DNA of 64,000 nucleotides from Octopus vulgaris. Taxonomy: Eukaryota. Below, piece after piece: positions 58,650-64,000 of the stretch (positions within the stretch are counted from its first letter, which is position 1; every line of letters starts with the position of its first letter). The position numbers and the translations under genes were made by a program. Under the pieces are notes generated by a model. It was not told the origin of the DNA. It saw only the letters and a list, made by a program, of their open reading frames with translations, and ran no database searches. The stretch is taken from positions 86,800,001 to 86,864,000 of the forward strand of contig OX597818.1 of assembly GCA_951406725.2 (NCBI GenBank). Direction: 5' to 3'.

Positions 58650-59834
58650 ATAAAATAGAACATATGCATATATATAAACATATATGTACGTAACCTACCT
58701 CTACATGTACATATACACGCATATATGTGTACAGGACACCAAAAAGACGTCGAACACATAGAGAGACGAAAAACATAGACACAAACCAAGGAACAAGACA
58801 AGCAAAAAAAAGAGATACAGGACAATAAGCACAACGAAAAATCCCCTTCTTCAGTCGCTAAGGTTTCATCTACTAAACGTTTCGAAGGATAAAAGCGAGA
58901 CGTATACTTCGAAGAAAACTTCCTTCCTGCGAAAAGCAAATCAATTAAAATTCTGAGATCTTTTCGCAGAGGGGTAAAAAAAGCAAGACGGTAACGACAG
59001 TACAAACATATAAACAGTAAAAAATATATATATAAACAGTGGAAAAATAAATATATAACAGTGAGAGACAGGACAAGGAGAACAAGATAAGAAGGGCTGT
59101 TAACGCCAGACGAAAAAAGTATTGCAAACGCTGGATTATAGTGGACGACGAGAGAGAAAGAATGTCGACCAGTAGCCTTAGAAGGCGGGCGAGAAAAGAC
59201 AGGATAGCAGTTACGACGGAAGTATCGTCGCAGATGGACGACGGGAATGGGGGAGGAGGAGCAAGAGGAAGAGAGAGAAGAAGGGGAATGGTGCGAGGAG
59301 ACCATGAAGAACGGTGAGGGGGAGAGAGAGAGGAAGAGACAAGTTAAGTGAGGGAAAAAAAGACGAAAAAGGGAATGGGAGAGAAAGAAAGAAAGATGCA
59401 GAGTCGCGTGAGAGTTAATATCAAGGCTAACTTGATAAACAGAACAATCTTACTTAATAGGGTGCGTGCGTTTAGTCGTATAATATGTTAATAAAATAGA
59501 ACATATGCATATATATAAACATATATGTACGTACCTACCTCTACATGTACATATACACGCATATATGTGTACAGGACACCAAAAAGACGTCGAACACATA
59601 GAGAGACGAAAAACATAGACACAAACCAAGGAACAAGACAAGCAAAAAAAAGAGATACAGGACAATAAGCACAACGAAAAATCCCCTTCTTCAGTCGCTA
59701 AGGTTTCATCTACTAAACGTTTCGAAGGATAAAAGCGAGACGTATACTTCGAAGAATATAAAAGCAAATCAATTAAAATTCTGAGATCTTTTCGCAGAGG
59801 GGTAAAAAAGCAAGACGGTAACGACAGTACAAAC
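58647..59834 (-). mobile_element. Penelope-like module with about 350-bp near-identical direct repeats (58647-59007 and 59488-59834)
   Basis: ORFs 58562 and 59450 share a long identical translation; (TA)n flanks; hammerhead half-motifs gaaacgtttagta and ctgaaga on the minus strand. Confidence 0.75.
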
Positions 59835-59839
59835 GACAG

Positions 59840-59871
<32 letters not shown>

Positions 59872-59967
59872 GCCGTTCGATTCGCTTCAATATTTAAGTT
59901 TAATTTGTCGCTATTTTCGTCGCTATAAGACCGCGACCTGTTCACTGACAAAAATCCGTGCTGCATT

Positions 59968-60018
59968 TTTGTCAGTGAACAGGTCGCGGTGTTATAGCGA
60001 CGAAAATATTTTGACAAA
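59968..60018 (+). ncRNA. Minimal type I hammerhead ribozyme fold with G3-C8 swapped core
   Basis: UUUGUCA GUGAACA G GUCGC-GGUGUUAUA-GCGAC GAAA AUAU UU/ UGACAAA: 7-bp stem I, 5-bp stem II, 1-bp stem III with palindromic tetraloop. Confidence 0.75.
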
Positions 60019-60205
60019 TTAAATTTAAATGTTGAAGTGAATCGAACGGCTTTTTGTGTGTTTCTTAAATGGCTTACAAACACCTTCCACGCTGTAATTG
60101 TTTTCGTTCCAGCACACGATCTCAGATCAAATCACTTGCTATGCAAGTACATCTCCCTATATATATGTATATATATAGGGAGATGTGAAGCATGACTGTC
60201 ACCAC

Positions 60206-60250
60206 TGAACCTGAAGATTGCAGAATTTAATGCATGAAAGTACTAGTTCA
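60206..60250 (+). ncRNA. Minimal type I hammerhead ribozyme, canonical core
   Basis: UGAAC CUGAAGA U UGCA-GAAUUUAA-UGCA U GAAA GUAC UA/ GUUCA. Confidence 0.8.
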
Positions 60251-60414
60251 ATCCGAATGAACATTTAACATTCTATTATTTTATTTTATTATATTATATT
60301 ATATTATATTATATTATATTATATCATTATAAGATTGTAAATAAAACGTGAAAATCAGACAAGGCTGGAATCCCTTTTATTAATATATTCTTCTATACGC
60401 AATCACACACACCC

Positions 60415-60537
<123 letters not shown>

Positions 60538-61144
60538 TGTATGTATGTATGTATATTTATTTATATTTATATCGAAATATTTATATATATAGAAATGCTT
60601 GTGACATATGTCAACTGATAAAAGGCAAATACACTACAGTAACGGAGAATCTCTTATGGTAAAAGGTTTTTTCAGTGTTTCCATCTCTCAAGAATCCTAG
60701 ATATCGATGTTTCGAATTTATCGACCCTTCTCAATGGGCATAAGTGAATAAACTCAAAACATCGATGACTTGGATTCCTGAACAAACCGAGTGTTTTCGC
60801 ACCTTCTACCAAAAGAGAGATACTTCCTCCTCGGTAACTGTCGTGAATTTGCCTTTTAACAATTGAATTATGTAACAAACATATTCTAACTTATTCCAGG
60901 GATCAAATTTAGGAAGAAGGTTAGCTTCAAGCAGACCGTAGTAAATATTAAAAAATAACATTCAGGAACAACAGTGGTTTATTGAGACGGAAGGTTGTCG
61001 ATTTTTTTCGTTTCGAAGTACGATAAGCTGAAAAAAAGTGCTTTTTATATTTCACAGTAGGCGACCAGGGTTGCCGGGTGTGCGAAAAAGAATACAAGAG
61101 TTACGGTGAGAGGTGTTTTATCTTCACGCTGAAGATATCTTGAT

Positions 61145-61222
<78 letters not shown>

Positions 61223-61223
<1 letters not shown>

Positions 61224-61777
61224 TAGCTGAATAGCTTGTCGTTGCCGGGCAATAGAATGTTTTATATAAATTTTTGTTTATTCCATGTCAGACCATGCTT
61301 TCCTCGATAGATGGGCCTCTTGATCAGGACAGATTTGTGCAATTTTTCGCAAAAAAAACTTCGCTGAGGATTTTTTTTCCCCCTTTTTAAGTTATTTATA
61401 TGTCTGTTCGACCGTTTCACATGTCTTTATTCATTAAAATTTATTATACTTCAGAAGTTCTTACAACTTTGGTTGTCGTAATGCTTTGCTTAATAAAAAC
61501 TCTTCTTCGTAGTGATTTTGCTTTTATTTAGTGATAGCTATTTTGCAGAAAATGCCAGCTCCTAAATCCTGTTTTCTTATAAGTAAAATTGATTAAACTT
61601 TAAACCTTAGTAACATTTTTCTATAATTTTCTGGAAATTGATAACAAAATCGGATTTAATGTGGGAAATTATTTCAATAAACCAAATATGAAAATTTTGA
61701 CGTACTTTAAAAATTTCAGAATATGTGACAGCAACAGGGAAGACCCTACAAAAGTAGAGACAAACAGTTATAAGACG

Positions 61778-61824
<47 letters not shown>

Positions 61825-62407
61825 TACACGTACACACACACACATACACATTTACAAACATACACACAGGTAATCACGAGTTTAAAATGGTGCATACTAG
61901 ATATATGTATGTATGCATGTATGTTTGTACGTATGAATGTATATATGTATGTATGTATGTGTGTGTGTGTGTGTGTGTGTTTGTGTGTGAGTGTTTCTTT
62001 GCGATGGAAAATAGAAAAGCGACCTACACCCTCTCTCCTTAAAGCTACGTATTCCTTTTTTCATTCCTTGGCGTTTTCAAAGTTACTTATGACAGCTGTA
62101 TTAACGTTATCATCCCACTGCCACTCCATATTTGTCGCTTCACAACGCTGTCTCCCCTTCTCTGATATCAGTTACACTCACTATGCCACCACATTTCCCT
62201 CATACTAACACTCTTTGCACCCTTTTCACTTTATCAAATAAAAGCCTAAGAGGCCCATTATAGATTTTTATTGAAATCCAATTAGCCTAACATTAAACTG
62301 GATGTTAGTTTAACTTGTATGCAAAGTTTCGTCAAGATTAGTTCACTGATGTAGGTAGCAAGATGGTAACAGACAGATTGACAGACAGAAATTGCCATTT
62401 ATGTATA

Positions 62408-62409
<2 letters not shown>
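61223..62409 (-). mobile_element. Probable non-autonomous Helitron
   Basis: CTAG with an adjacent GC-rich hairpin remnant at 61223; the other end (acagacagaaattgccatttatgtataag) resembles the 5' end of the 41288 element. Confidence 0.5.
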
Positions 62410-62476
<67 letters not shown>

Positions 62477-63555
62477 TGTTGCCTATATAATACTTATATA
62501 ATGCTAAAACACTCTGCAGACTACGAAGGTCAATAAAATAGAAATAAAATTTAAAGATTTATTCTTTCTGTGCGGCCCAGTACTAACTGATTCACGACCC
62601 GGATTGCTGTGAGCAGGGGCTAAGAACCCAGGGGCTAAGAACGCCGGAGGTCTTCACTCGACAAGCCGAACACACCAGACTGCCGCTGGAGCACTGGCTC
62701 AGGGATGAAATTTGTTTAGTGGGTACACATTTGGTTATGGAGTGCAAACCCACGTCCAAATTTTTTTTACAAACAAGGTCTTATTGGTTTTTTTTTAGAT
62801 TTATTTTAGTTCTTTGTTCTTTGAGAAGAAACCTAACTTCAAGCTACTTTTTACAGACCAAACGCACAGTTCTCTATACCTGAGAAAAGTAAGTAGGGGG
62901 CTCAAATTTTGATTTTGTACCCTACAAAACTTTTAGAAGATGCACTTGCACCCCCTCTTCCTGGGCCATGCGTTTGAGGTATCACACCATGTGGAATTCC
63001 AGATGAGAGAGCCAACAACTATGTGTCTTCCAACTAACATCCACAAGGTTTTGGTCGATCCATGGCTTCGACAGGTGACACTTTCTTAATGTACCACGTA
63101 ATACACTGCGAACAAAATGCTTAGTGACATTTCGTCCGTAGGGTCAATAGTGCACATCTATGAGCAAAAATAATCATGGTCAAACTGCGGCCAAACTTTC
63201 CGAATGGCACGTTTAACAAAAATTTACCTTGAATTTTCTTGTCGCTTAGTTCACCTGATCAAAAATGTCACAATCTACACATGTAAGGGTTTGCTTGTGC
63301 GTACGCGCGCACCGAGGAAGGGCACACACACACACACACACACACGCATGCACACACGCGTGCGCGCACTTAAAAGGAACGTATTCTCCGGTGTCCTTTG
63401 TTTTTTACAGACGATCTGCTGTTATCTATATGTAATTTTAGTTGCTGTTTCTAGAAAGGTCGAGTAATCTCGTAGGAGCTACTTCTGTTTGGTTGCTTGT
63501 ACTCGTGGTTGTGTGATATATCGCAAGTGTAAAAACACGTAGGATAACAAAAAAT

Positions 63556-63556
63556 A

Positions 63557-63603
<47 letters not shown>

Positions 63604-63693
63604 AAGAATAATTACCACAACACGACTGCTACTACAGCAAAGGCAATAACAACAAAAATTACAACCACAACAATTACTACAACCGCCACAACA

Positions 63694-63740
<47 letters not shown>

Positions 63741-63830
63741 AATAAGAGCATTTACTACAAAAGCAACAGCCAATAACTACCACTACTACAATAAGGACGA
63801 TTACTACTACTACTACTACTGCTGCTGCTG

Positions 63831-63910
<80 letters not shown>

Positions 63911-63920
63911 GCTACTACTA
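63556..63920. repeat. Interrupted (CTA)n microsatellite
   Basis: Directly visible. Confidence 0.95.
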
Positions 63921-64000
63921 TTGCAACGTAAACAAGGACGAGGGCGTATTGGCTGTTTTTCATATTAGCCTCAGGCCAATCTTCATGGAGCTGACCCTTG

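Overview
Repeat-saturated, AT-rich animal genomic DNA. The SINE families and extreme microsatellite load strongly suggest an octopus (coleoid cephalopod) intron or intergenic region; that assignment is from recall, not a search. I find no supportable host protein-coding exon: almost all ORF-track entries are translated microsatellites or SINEs. The window contains (i) at least three tRNA-type SINE families in many copies, (ii) decayed Tc1/mariner transposases (near full-length rosa/DD41D-like at 12986-14293, cecropia-like, maT-like), (iii) hAT, Tc1/pogo and Helitron non-autonomous elements with visible TSDs or termini, (iv) LINE remnants (RTE, R4/Dong-like, CR1-like, Tx1-like), and (v) many Penelope-like pseudo-LTR modules in (TA)n tracts, arranged as inverted or direct repeats. 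Several of these modules carry minimal type I hammerhead ribozyme folds. The most notable signals are a hammerhead family with a compensatory G3-C8 core swap (three copies), a canonical minimal hammerhead at 60206-60250, a 650-bp palindrome with 322-bp arms built from a terminally redundant 356-nt unit, and an RTE LINE with a twin-priming-type inversion that splits one C2H2 finger. There is a 100-N assembly gap at 45488-45587.
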